Source of the DNA: Raillietiella orientalis
Lineage: Eukaryota
Reading direction: 5' to 3'
DNA length: 64,000 bases
Assembly (NCBI GenBank): GCA_036172245.1
Contig: JAYWIR010000026.1
Coordinates: 2,728,001-2,792,000, forward strand
Shown here: piece by piece, positions 26,821-38,509 of the stretch
How positions within the stretch are numbered: position 1 is the stretch's first letter
How the letters are laid out: each line of letters begins with the position of its first letter
Made by a program: the position numbers and the translations under genes
The notes under the pieces: generated by a model
What the model was told of the DNA's origin: nothing
Database searches by the model: none
Seen by the model: the letters and a program-made list of their open reading frames with translations, nothing else

Positions 26821-28399
26821 ATAAAAGAGAGAAAAAGAAAGCAGCCGATATTCGCAGGCGTTTTGTCGTTTTAGAACCATAGCAAGGATCTTCTTTAGAC
26901 CGCTGCTGACCTTCGCCTGCAAGACATCTTCTTAGGAAAGTGCAGCATCCTCATTCCGAATTTTTTTTCCCCAAATGTTTCTGATCGACTGTGGCAACCT
27001 CAAAAAGATCGTTGCTATTGGCTGAAAAAATGAAAGAAAAAAAAAAATTTGCAACGGAGATGCCGCCCCTGTTCAGGAAGATGCCTCGCCGACGGCTGCC
27101 AACGAAGAAGAGGAGGAAGAAGACAAACTAACGGCGAGGAGGAAGTGAAACTCTTGGGAGCAGTAGCCTCGGAGAGAAAAGAAGGCAAGTAGACAAGAGG
27201 TACCCTAAGGGCACAAGGAAAAATGAGATGCACGATCCGTCCGTCCCGTTAGGGTCCTCGCAGCTACGGCGGCATGGCTAGGGGCGATGCGAGGACGTGC
27301 TTATCTGCGAGGAGCGCCAGCTGGCACATCTTAGGTTTGCCGAGGCGTCTGCGTTCGCCTCGACAAGGCGCTGAGTGTTCTTGCGACGACGCCCGCGGCT
27401 GCTGCTCCGCGGTTGCCTTTCTAGAACAGCGACTCTCTCTTCGCTGACTTTACTTTTCTCAGATGTCTCCTGTGTCAGGGTACTTCTCTCTGGACTCCGT
27501 CCGCAGCCCTTCTTGCTGTTGCCCGGGTGCCCTGCGATCAATTGGGAGTCCCATCAAAACAGAATGCCTCCCGTAGGAAGGAGATGACGTATGTGTAAGT
27601 GTGACTCGTGAATCTGTAGGGGTTATCCTGGAGAGACCATACTATCCAGGTGACGGAAGTTCACGGTCACGGAGGGCAGAAGGCGACGTCCTCTCCAGAT
27701 GCCCTCGAGAAGCGTCGAACTGTATATCTGGGATTCTTCCGCTGTCTGCTGCCACCATTTCCTAGTTGCCTGCCTGTGGGGGCACCAGAGATGGGAAGCG
27801 ACGCCCGTGCGTAGCAAAGAACTGCGAATAACCTGCGCCACGGGGACCATGCGCAATGTCTCTTCGAGGAAAAGACATCAATCACCCGGACAATCGGCTT
27901 CTTGACAGCTCCATTAATTGCATTTCTCCACGAGGAGCCGCATGAATTCGGCCGGCCGCGCAGAACGTGGCGCGGTTCACCTGTCGTCTACTTTCGTTAC
28001 GCGCTGAAAAATGTAAATTTCTGCTTCACTCATGACTTCTTGGAAATGACATCTCCGCGTGCACGTCATTTGTTGACGTCCGCACTGTGCCCGCCACCCG
28101 CGATATAAGGACTGCGTCTTGCGAAATAGATGTGATTGTGTGTGCATCTTTTCGTGACACAAAGGCTGGAGCGATAGGTAACTTTCCAGATCCTTGCGCG
28201 ACTCCTTCCGGACTTGCACGGGAACCGCCGCCGGCTGCAGGCCGGTCGCGAGAATCTGGTGCCTCGCCGGTTGCCGTCGTGTGCCGATGGCTACTTCGAG
28301 CGAGTGTTCGCAGCTGACAGCGAGAAGGAACGCGATCATGTTCTGCGTTGTCTCCACCCACTTGAACAGTGTAACGCCCTTGACCTCCGGGCTCCGTGC

Positions 28400-31330
28400 T
28401 GACTGCGAGTTGCTCCGCCGCTTCCTTTTTATTACCACGGCCAAAGAACACGTGCGACCGCGGACGCGCCATCCTCTACCTTAGGTTCAGACGGACAACG
28501 ATACGTGGACAATGCCCTCTCGAAGCGTTCCGTGACCTTTGACGAGCATGAGAAGGTCCCGACTCTCTTGTGAGTCCGGAAGACGCTGCGACAGGCTGCT
28601 GGAATTCCCGAGTGGGATTTTCGTCGATGCGTAGCGCGCCACGCAGCGTTAGCCCTTTGGTCCAGCGGCGCACGGCTCTCTCGGGATGGCACTGTTCTGT
28701 GTTTTAAGAGTAGAGCGCTACAGCCGTTCGCATCAGCAACCCAGCCCTCGTGCACTTTCCTCATAGTAATGAAGCGTGACCGTCGTCCATCTGTCGCACT
28801 CTTCTAGCAAACTTCTCGGCAACCACAGAGGATACACCTGCCCACGAACAATGAAGGGAACCTCAACTCTTCCTTTAGCCTGCCTGCTGGTGTCAACTCT
28901 TATTTCCTCCGGCCTGTTGGAGGATAATTGCAAGTAAGCTGGGAGTCTGTCAAAGTCTTTCAATCCTCGGGATCGTTGGCATCTGCATTGCCGTCTAGCA
29001 GATGTTTTGCGGTTCTCGGATTAGCCCCTGGGTTCTTTTTCCTAACATTGAGAGCTGCGTATGCGCGATCTTCCTTGTCAATACCCGAATCCTCATTAGC
29101 TCCCGTGTTCCCTTGAGCATGATCGGGCAGACCAAACGATGCGATCTCTGAAAGACAAGCGCAACGCCGTGGACAACCCGAAGGGTGCTCCTGCTTTGAA
29201 TGTTCGACGTGCTCTCTGGCCCAAGTGGCGACTCAGTGAACCATCAAGCGTCGGCGATCTCTCTCTCGTTTCCAGACAGCACGCGCGCATGAATCTGTGG
29301 TCTTTAGACGTCACAACGAGGATGGATCGCCTAGCGGAATAGGACGTTAGGGAAGCACTGGCCGCGGGTCAGGCTCCAGAAACGGCGTCTTCTCTTTGAG
29401 CTCACTTGCGGAAGCGTGGCTGCTGCTGGTTGAAGTCTGCTCGCCGTGGGACGCATCTTCCAGCCGAAGCTGAGCTGCTGAACGGAGCTGAGATGTTAGC
29501 GACCAACGCTCTTTGGCTGGATGTCTTCGTGCTTCAGCGAGCTTTGCTCCGGGTGGGGCACTCGTCGAAGTTGTGTCTCACTCGGAGGGACACAACTGCG
29601 AACGGTCACGGACACTTGAAGCAATCCTTGGGGTTTGACGTGAGGCGGGGAGCACCCTGAGGCACATTGGACACTGTCCAGAAGTATTGCTGTGTACTTA
29701 GAGCGTGTGTCCTAGAAGATTACACTAACTCGCCTACGTCCGATTACCCCCTGAGATCCCTTCAGGGAACTTTGCCGCACAGTCGGCATCACCAGCGTCT
29801 GACCACCGCTGGCGAGAAAACAGAAGCGACACAGAAAGAAATTCAATGAAAGAATTCGGAGAAATGATGCAGATCTTCTTCCCAGCAGCCTGAAAAAGGA
29901 TTTCTCTGCATGCTTTGCCGGTTCTACACCGCCTTATTTTTGGACCCCTGAGGCGATAGGGGAAAGGAATTCATGGGATTCTACCCCATCCTTGAGATTG
30001 CGAGATCACACGCGCTCCTTCAAGCATCCAGTCGTCGATCAGAAACCAGAAATTCCTGGTCGTCACGGAGGTTAAGGAGGAAATTAGGAACGGGATTCAA
30101 TCCAAGGGTCGAATCATAACTGAGGGATCACTGCTATTGTTGGTTCTGCTGAATACAAAACCAGCGAAAGACACAAAAGGAAGCTGAGGATTCACCCCAG
30201 CATCGTTCGAGGCGGAAGCCGCAAGTGATGCGGCTCAGGTCCCAAGTAGGAGCCCTGCGAAGCAGCAAAGGCAGCACTCTAACAAGACGACGGCCATCAC
30301 CGATCAGAACTAGCAGGAGGAACGCAAGAAGGAAAGGCGGCCTTCGGGAGCTCCTCTTCCTGAAAAAGTGCGCTTCTCGAATAAGCAGTTGCTGTCCGTC
30401 TCTCTTGTGAAGAGCCCCCTTCGCCATGGGGATCAGTTCTCACCTCACTTTCCTCTGCATCAAGGGTGGCAGTCTCCTCCGTGAACTGCGGACCGCTCAA
30501 GGAAGGGGGAAGCTGGGAAGGGTCCGTGGGTCTCTGGTTGCATCGTCGACCTTCATAGGTCCACGCTGCACGTCATTCAAGCTTTACCGTAAATGCCCGC
30601 CTCCAGACAGAGCATCCTTATACATTCAGATTGGTCCCACATCCGAGAACGCCACGCAACCATCCGTGAGTGAGGTGTCCCAGTTAGGGAATTCTAGAGG
30701 GCGTCACCGCGCCACACGAAAGGATGGGGCCAATTTTCCTCGATACTCACTATGGGCCAAGCGACTTGGGCGTGGCAGGCCCGAGGGGAAGATCAAGCAG
30801 CTTCCACAACAAAGCTAAGTGCAAAGTAGCCCGCGGGAGACCTCTCTGGGTGTTCGACAAAACTGATAGGATCCTCCGTCGTTGCCACCGACGCTCCCCT
30901 ATCGCACGACATGAGGGAGGAACACTCCACAACGTCTCCATCATTTCGAAAATAGGGACACGGTGTGGGAGAAGACCTGAGAGAAAAGAATCGTCTTAGA
31001 GAATACTCGTTGACTCGCAATTCGGCCATTCGTTGAGGACGGAAAGAAGAACCCGACTGTAAGAAAGGGTGAAGGGGGAACAAAAGCCATTGTTCCGGAT
31101 GCTCGAGAGAGATGCTGTCAATTTCCCGACCGGATTTCTGATCCTGGAGAGGCCACTTTGCCTCTGCATTCACCATGGAGACCACGGTGCGGATGATCCC
31201 GCTCGGCTGCTGCTGAACCTTCGGCGAGGCCGCTCTGTTACGCCCCGCGCCCAACTCACCGCTGCGATGCCGGCGACGGTCGAGAGTTCACCTCGCTCGA
31301 ACAAAGGTGTCGCCGCAAGTTCTTTGGACT
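28400..31330 (-). mobile_element. Heavily decayed 5' two-thirds of a family A LINE (ORF1-EN-linker)
   Basis: In correct order on minus: AAVSWARGV (ORF1 N-terminus), GGHLR*SLNDVQ (knuckle trace), IF*DT and LVANISAP (EN), HLLDGNADANDPED (linker, cf. NLFNGKGEISSDPAD at 53.5 kb). Confidence 0.45.
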
Positions 31331-31432
31331 GCTCTCCAGGTTAAAGCGACGCTGTCACTAGAGAGAGGGTCAGAGATTACCAAGGGCACCCCTGGTCATG
31401 AGCACGTGCGGCGACCTCGTGCCCGGTGGACG

Positions 31433-31546
31433 GCTCATGGTTCTCTTTCCTCGACTTCGCCTCACCTTCCTATTGAACCTTGCGACAACTTGAAGCGCGG
31501 AGATTTTATTTCTGACCCGGACTTCGACCCGTAGACTTTGCTGGAA
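31433..31546 (+). repeat. 114-bp direct repeat, copy 1
   Basis: gctcatggttctctttcc...gctggaa matches 36551-36664 with 4 mismatches by eye. Confidence 0.95.
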
Positions 31547-32299
31547 CAGGACACTGTCTGCGTCAGTCGCCCTGGGTGCTCAGCTCAGAGCAAGCACTGC
31601 GTTCAGCTGCAATGGCAGGATCATGAAGGCAGCTACGGCTCCAGGAGGACGCATTCCTGAAAAAGAAAGCTTGTGTTCGCTAACTTGCGACATCCGCGGG
31701 AAGCGAGGAAAAAGGGAAGGTGGGAGAGCGCCTGGCTCACCCCGCACGCGTCCTGCGCGTCCAGAGCTCTTCCCGGTCCCCGAAGCACCTCTGGAAAGAA
31801 GAATAACTCCCTCACTAGATCCTCTCGTCCCTCTTGCCTCTCAACTTTTGCCTACGAAACGGACGAGTGCCACAGAAGGGAACAGCGAGCCTCCAAGATG
31901 AACACGCGCAAGTCACGCGTGTCCCGGATCAGAAGGATTTCCCGGAGGAGGGAAACCGTCGGTCCAACGTATCGCCGGAGATGCGTGTTTGCCCGAGAGC
32001 TTCCTTTCGCTGCACCTCCTTTGCGTTTCCGAAAAAGCCTTATGGGATTCCGAGGCACTCCGGGTTGCCGGAACAACGCGTTCCTGAACTACTAATTAAT
32101 ACTTCTCCCTTTTACAGAGCGTGCAACAACCCAAGAAGGAACTCACGAGTGCAAGCTCGTCAACACGTAATCACTGCATATATCCAAAAGATGCAAGACG
32201 GTCACAAGGAGGTAACTGAAGACAGCAGATCACTTGTGTAACGCCTCCAGCCCACCTTTGATGACCTTCCTCGATTCGATGAGCGGAGAAAGCGCAAGT

Positions 32300-33120
32300 C
32301 AGCGACCCTGCAGTGCTGACTTCCTGTTCCCCATGTTGCAAATCGATGCTGGCGACCTTCCAGCGGTCGCCGCTTCCGTCGGCGAAGACGCGTGACTTTC
32401 CGATTGCGCGCACCGTTCCGCTTCCGCCTCCGCCAACCAGAAGACGTCTTTGGCCCCCGACCGCCACGCAGTGTCCGAGGAGCCCTTGCCTCCGAAGGAC
32501 ATCGAGGGTGCTGCTGAGAGGAAACGTCTTCCCGTGCCTTCCTTGACGGATTCGCGGGAAAAATTAGACGCGTGGCAACCGCTGCACTCTGCCGAGTCTC
32601 CCGCCGTCGGGTGGCGCGCGGCGGTTCCTCGTGCCGGGACTTCCGCCTCGCTCCAGGACGCACACGATTTGCGTTCCTGCCGCGCAGCGTCCACAAGCGT
32701 CGGGCTCCGTTTGCGCGGGCGCTAGTCGGCGAGCTCGCAGGAGGGCGGCATCTCCGATCCCCGCCACGGAGGCTGCATTTTCTCAAGCAGGCACCGCGTC
32801 GAGCCGCTCGTTCGCGCCCTCTCCCACAATTCCACCAACCTCTGTCGCTGCAAGAGGGATCTAGCTGTTGTGGTACTGTGGCTCCCTCCAGTCCTGCAGG
32901 GTGTCCTTCAACAGATCGTCGTAAAAGCCATGAAGAACGTGCGCTTCGCCGAGGAAGGTTGGGTTGGCCAGCAGACACTCTTGCAAGAATAGCGTATCGA
33001 ATGGAGGAGCTGCTTTCTCGTTTCGGAGCTGCACGAGCACCAGCCGATCTCTGGCCGTCCGCTGGGTTATGTCCTCTGGCGTTTCTTGCAGCGATCCGGT
33101 CGACATACAGTCTTACTTTA
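32300..33120 (-). mobile_element. LINE APE-endonuclease remnant (distinct subfamily C)
   Basis: RIAARNARG..FDTLFLQEC..HPTAGDS..KDVFW..SESH..WKVASIDL follow the EN motif order WN.RG/LQE/GDFN/ID/SDH/W. Confidence 0.6.
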
Positions 33121-33536
33121 CGCGGGCCGGCGAGAGTCACTTTTCTTGACGACTACCTCGGAGCTGCTTTGCACTCCCAGCCGACCACATCCGAGGGACG
33201 CTTCGCTTTTGGAGGTGACCACCTCCTGAATGAGAGCCTCGGTCGAACGCGAGGTCGGGCAGAGTTGGCAACGCCGTGGGGCCAAGCACATGACCACCTT
33301 CCTCCCTCAAGGCGGGGGTTTCCAGTGCATTCGCTTCCGAGAGCCTCTGAGCTCGAGTGTCCTGCTGCCTACGGTGTCTCCCCCGCGCTAGTCTTGAAAG
33401 TGAAACGAATGCGCGCTCCCCGTCTTGAAGAAAGCTGAATCGACGGAACCGTGGCGGGAGGAGAGCGAGGGGTGAAAGAAAGGGGGCGAGGGAGATTGAA
33501 TGCTTCTGCTCTTTCTGGAGGTCGCATCTCCTCCAG

Positions 33537-36264
33537 GTGTGGCCTTGCCGAGGGAACATTCGCAAAAGTTTCCTCAGCGCGATCAAAGACGTGAGCTGGG
33601 TCTTCCTCAAGAATTTCTTCAGGGGAGTGCAAAAACCAGACTTCTGCAGTCTCCTTTCATTTCAGATCTTCTTCGTCCACCTCCTCGTGGGCACTCAGCA
33701 GCACCAAGTAAAAGCTGCTCTCTCTACACAAGTGGACAACACGTGCATCCTCTCCTCTTCCCTATCCGGACCTCGAGGAGGTGAGAGCAGCGAATGGAGA
33801 TAATGGAGCTCACAGCAGCATGCGTCCTTCTAGAGCCCGGGACCTTGTATGTCCATTCCGAATCGAACCAATATCACAAAACGGAAAAGCAATACGAGAC
33901 GATATTCCTGGACTCTTCACTAAAGGGGCACATGTCCACGGATAGGATACAGGTTTGTCAAGGGGTCACCTTATACCCGCGCATATCGCATGGCGGCTCC
34001 TCCTTCGCCATCGGAGGCAGAGTGGTGAGAGCACGGTCGCTTCACGACCAAATCTTTGTCTTGACGGTCCGCAGTAGCAATCGATGTTTTTTCTGGTGCC
34101 CATAGCAGACAGTTCGAGCGCATCCGGTTCTGCTCCCCACTTCCTCGATCTCCCCCCGCGCGCGCGCGCGCTGCGCTTCCCGAGAACAGCTTTGCTCTCG
34201 CTCTCAGCACCTAGAATCCACGTTTCCTCAAATCTCTGTAGGCGGCGTCCAGCTGCGTAATGCGCAGTTTTCTGCCGCGGATCGCGGCTGCTCTTCCTGC
34301 CGCCAGGGATTCGGCCGCGTGGGGGGAGGTCGGGAGCTCACTCATCCCGCTCGCTACGATCGAAGAGCTCATGAGAGACTGGGAAGGGGAAGGAAGGCGG
34401 AGGAGGTGGAACCGATGTGCTCCCGTGTCTTCTCGACACTCCTGCGGGAGAGCGGGCGCCTCGGTTGGACAACTGTGTGCTCGCGGGTACAAGAGGGAAG
34501 GACCCACATGAATCTCCCCCTTAAAATCCGCTGCTTGCAGGTTGGCAACCAGTTCACAGATGGAATCGACTTCGCCGAGATCACCAGCGTGACCGCACCG
34601 CTAAAAGTCAATGGCATCCTCGGACTGAACGTAAACGGAAAGAACTCCTGCAACCTTATTCGGCAGATGTACTGCTTGCAGACAGTCGATGAGATGGTGG
34701 CCCACATGTTCTTGCCAAAGTAAGATGGTCCCTTTTTTTTCGGGCTGACCACTCGCTCTCCGAGTCCCTGTGGACTTCCTGGCCGATGCCAGTCTCGGTG
34801 AATTCACGCTATGGGGCTGCACGCTGAAGACGAGGGTGAGGAGCGTTAGGGACGCAATTGGCGAAAAATGGGGGTAATCTGCTTCCGGTGTTTCTCCAAT
34901 TGCTCGTTTCCAGGGTGCGCGGGCATTCGAACGGGAAGGCGCATTTTCCCAGCGATTTCGGAAGGGTAAAGTGGAAACAAGGCTCTGCATAGAGAGCGAA
35001 AGCAGGCTGACCAGAGTCCTAAAGTGGAATTCTCGTCTTCCCGAATATCCACCCCGCAAAGATTGCCGGAAACTTCCCCAATGAGCTTTGCGGTAGAGCA
35101 TCCGAAGGCGTTTTGAAAATAAGACTCACGGCTCATGCTTCCTCGATGGTTCTTTCGTCACCATGAGCGTTGCCTGGCAACCTACCATCCCACTGGTCTC
35201 ATGTGCAACCCACATGGACAGCGCAGGATGTAAGGATGCAACCTCTGCCGATTTCCGGAATAGCGAGAACCTACAGCGCACGGAAGATGGGAGAGATAAT
35301 TCGAAGAACCGAGGTTGCCCGTAGACGCACCCCTGCGAATGCGGCACACTCGGGTTGGGTGCCAGAGGGTACATTCTCTCGTACAGGACGACGAACCGCA
35401 CGGAACCTGCGTTCGCGCCCTCGTCCACAAATTCCCCGAACTCTACGGCTGCAAAAGGAGTCTGGCTAGCTGCAGTAATACTGCGGCTCCCGTCAGTCCA
35501 GCGGGATCCATTCTTTCAATCGATCGTCGTTACAGCCATGAAGGGCACGCGCTGCGATGAGGAAGCTTCGGTCAGCCAATAGGCACTCTTGTAGGAGCAA
35601 CGCATCGAACGGGGAGCTGCGGCTTGGTCCAGCGGACGCCAAAAGATACAGAGGAAGCTTCACCAACATGAACCTGACATTAGAAAGTGGCTGGTCATTC
35701 GCCATGGCAGGGTCAGTAGCGAGGCAGTCGCGCCTGCGGTAATGCTACAGAGCTTACTCCACAGGGTGAAGCTGGGTAGCACTGCTTTCTGCAAAAGTGG
35801 CTGCATCGCGCATATCGAACTGGAATCTTTCTTAACGCTCCCCGCGGACGTGGCACAGCAGATCTACAGGGAGCTGGGCGCGACCCAGGACGGCGAATTC
35901 GCCAAGGTAAGCACGTCGCTGCCATTATTTACACCAAGGATGCCGTCCCGTTTCCAACGCGCAGGGTCCCTGCAAGAGCTCCTATCCCTCTTTCGAATTC
36001 AACTTCGGGGGAAGGCCCTTTGTCATCCACGAAGACGACTACGTTAGGAAGGTGAGTTGCTTGCAATCCGGGAACGGAGTCGCTCCCTCACTTGCCCCTG
36101 GAAAGCAGGAAGATTCCGGAAAGACGCAATCGTGCGTGCTCCTCATTCAAAGACATTCCAACAAAGCAACACTCTGGAAGCTTGGGCATCAGTTCCTGAG
36201 GAAGCTCTACATCCGCCTCGATTTTCACAAAAAACAGATCGGTTTCGCCAACCTGAAGCTGTGA
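33537..36264 (+). CDS. Spliced pepsin/cathepsin-D-like (peptidase A1 fold) gene lacking both catalytic Asp; 5' exon(s) unresolved
   Basis: Exons 33537-33590, 33666-33780, 33834-33952, 34541-34719, 35595-35711, 35765-35906, 35965-36051, 36109-36264 join in frame through GT-AG introns. Motifs VHLLVGT, NGILGL, GELRLG..D..RYRG, W.F, FCKSGC, F.FNFGG..F..DY, W.LG..FLRK.Y..D....IGFA. Confidence 0.85.
35100..35620 (-). mobile_element. Antisense LINE EN remnant in intron 34720-35594, overlapping the next exon start
   Basis: FDALLLQECLLAD..LHG..DD.LK aligns with FDTLFLQECLLAN..LHG..DD.LK at 32.9-33.0 kb. Confidence 0.65.
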
Positions 36265-36550
36265 TGTCACGGCCCATAATCCCAGCTCCGAAATAGCAAG
36301 CGAAGCCAGACAGGAAATCTGAGGGGAAACGGAGGGGAGAAAGTTAGCAGTTGTCTCTGAGATAAAGATCCGCTAGAGCTCGAACGGGCTCTCGTCTCCG
36401 AGTAAACTGCAGTTCAATCGTGGAGCGCGAACATCACCTATCCTCCCTGCTGCTTCCTGCGACTGAAGCGAACCGTTCCGCTTCCAGGAGGACCGCTTCC
36501 ACCAAAGCGCTCCGCAAACGCCGATGGGAAAGGGGACTCCAGAAAGCCCC

Positions 36551-36664
36551 GCTCATGGTTCTCTTTCCTCGATTTCGCCTCACCTTCCTATTGAACCTTG
36601 CGACAACTTGAAGCGCGGAGATTTCATTTCTGACCCGGACTTCGACCCGTCGACTTGGCTGGAA
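36551..36664 (+). repeat. 114-bp direct repeat, copy 2
   Basis: Matches 31433-31546. Confidence 0.95.
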
Positions 36665-37749
36665 AAGAGGTTTTCAATGCAGGAGCGAGCAAACTGGACT
36701 GAGAGGGATCTGAAGCGTGGATCAGAGAAAGCGAAAGTTCTGTTTCTGCACAGCAGATGAAGGAAATCCATGGATAGAAAAAGTTACCTTAGCAGGCAAG
36801 TCGTAGGCCTCTGGATGATGCGGGAAAGCGGGTCATGGATTGACCTTGAAAATTCGTCAGAGGGCACGTCCACACATAGTTCACAGAATATTCCGGATGC
36901 AGCTGCGGCGTCCCGTGAACGGACTCTCATGGGTTCGCGAATGTAGCGTCACAAGAAAAAGGACGGGTGCATGTGACTTACCACCGTCCACTCCTCATCC
37001 CTCCGAGCGGAGAGATCAAGGATTTGCTTCTTTCCTTCCAGCTTCTCTTTCTCCCGTTAACCTAAGAACCGCACATCCCCTTGGGGCACCGGAGCGTCTC
37101 GACCACGAGGCCATAGGGGATTGCAAGGCTGCTCAACTCTTTGCGTGCAGGGCTCATCAGATTCAGACGTTCCGTTCATGTTCACGCAAGTCGCAGCTGC
37201 GACCTACGTGGAGGGAACGCTTTTTCGCGTGTCGCTTACTCTATCAGTGGTGCCGACTGACTCTATAGGGTGCTGATTCAAGTTGTTACTACTGTAATTG
37301 TTGATTTACAGCACACCAAACAAAATATTTTTATTTTTCCCAAACATATATTATTTAATTAAAACTATAATTCGAATAAATCGAGAATTCATTAACATTT
37401 TCAAAATAACACAAAGACAAGAAACTGTACAGTAAATTACATGCGTCACCAAGAAAATCCTAGAATTTTGTTTGCAGTCCTTGCTATGATAATTATAAGA
37501 ACGAAAGTGTTGTCTCCATGTAAAACACTGATATTGTTCACTCGTGTTGCGTCTGCAAGGAGAAAACAACACTTTGCGGAAGCATGGATGAGTCCATAAC
37601 GCATGGTGGTAGTTTCTGTCGGACGCATGTAAGCGTCCACTGGATTCAGAGGGTGAAAAAAGGTCACTCAGTCCATGAATGTAAGTACCCACTTGGGAAG
37701 AAGGACTCCCAAAGGCACAACCCACAACATACGAGAAAGGCACCAAACC

Positions 37750-37793
37750 CTTCCAAGAGTAGAGAGGAATCCATTCCTCACTACTCTTGGAAG
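37750..37793. repeat. Near-perfect inverted repeat (hairpin)
   Basis: cttccaagagtag-a-gaggaat-cc-attcctc-a-ctactcttggaag: 13 bp + 7 bp arms separated by one A/A mismatch. Confidence 0.9.
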
Positions 37794-38509
37794 CGATCCT
37801 GAAGAGAACGCATCCAGGTTTCTCTGAAGAACTGGAGGCACTGGACAAAAATCCCTGAGGGGGAGAGGTACATGACACGTCCCGAAGGGACTACCGTCGG
37901 AGGCTTTGTAGTTAAGGCTTCTGCGCGTGGCACCATGCGTCGCAAATACGAATACTTCGGTAAAAACTGACGCCACTGCGTCGTTGGGTTCCGAGTTTCT
38001 TCTGCAATGGCGCTGGTTGGCCGAGACATTCGGGCGTGGCACCGGTGGTCGTTTAAGCCGGAGGCCCCCGATGAAGGCCAGAACAATGGGAGTCGACCTT
38101 CGGGTCCTCCCAGGAATAAAGGAATGGGAAGTTCCCCCTCCTGTTGTGCAACGGATTGCGGACCCCCTTCACCGGAGGACCCATCCGGTTTCAAGATGGG
38201 GCAGGAGCCCTCACGGGCACCTCTACAGCTGTTCAAAGAAGCGGACTTCCCTCTTGCAGGGGTCCTCCCGAGTCGTCACCTCTTCACAGAGTGCAAGGAA
38301 GCCAGCGAGAGCGATTCCCTACGGGAAGCCGAAGCTACTCGTCGACTGTCATTGACAATTCAGGCGAGTCAAGAGCGGCAGACATCCTAGAAAGCGGGCA
38401 GGCGTGCTTCCAGCGCCACTGCCGAAGCCTGTGAGCCAATGAGCCAAGCATTGTCATCATGTGGAAAACTCCCGATGGAAAACATCAGTCCTCGAAGCAC
38501 CCACGCTGT

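Noticed and set aside
32202..33438. Long overlapping ORFs of 312 and 288 aa
   Set aside because: GC-rich shadow frames of a decayed endonuclease remnant; R/A/P-rich with no domain signal.
31433..36664. LTR retrotransposon (direct repeats plus aspartic protease)
   Set aside because: The protease is bilobed A1 with introns, not retroviral A2; no TG..CA, gag, RT-RNase H or integrase.
37585..37630. gatgagtcc...ggacg hammerhead-like stem II
   Set aside because: Catalytic core deviates (tggatga, gcat instead of ctgatga, gaaa).
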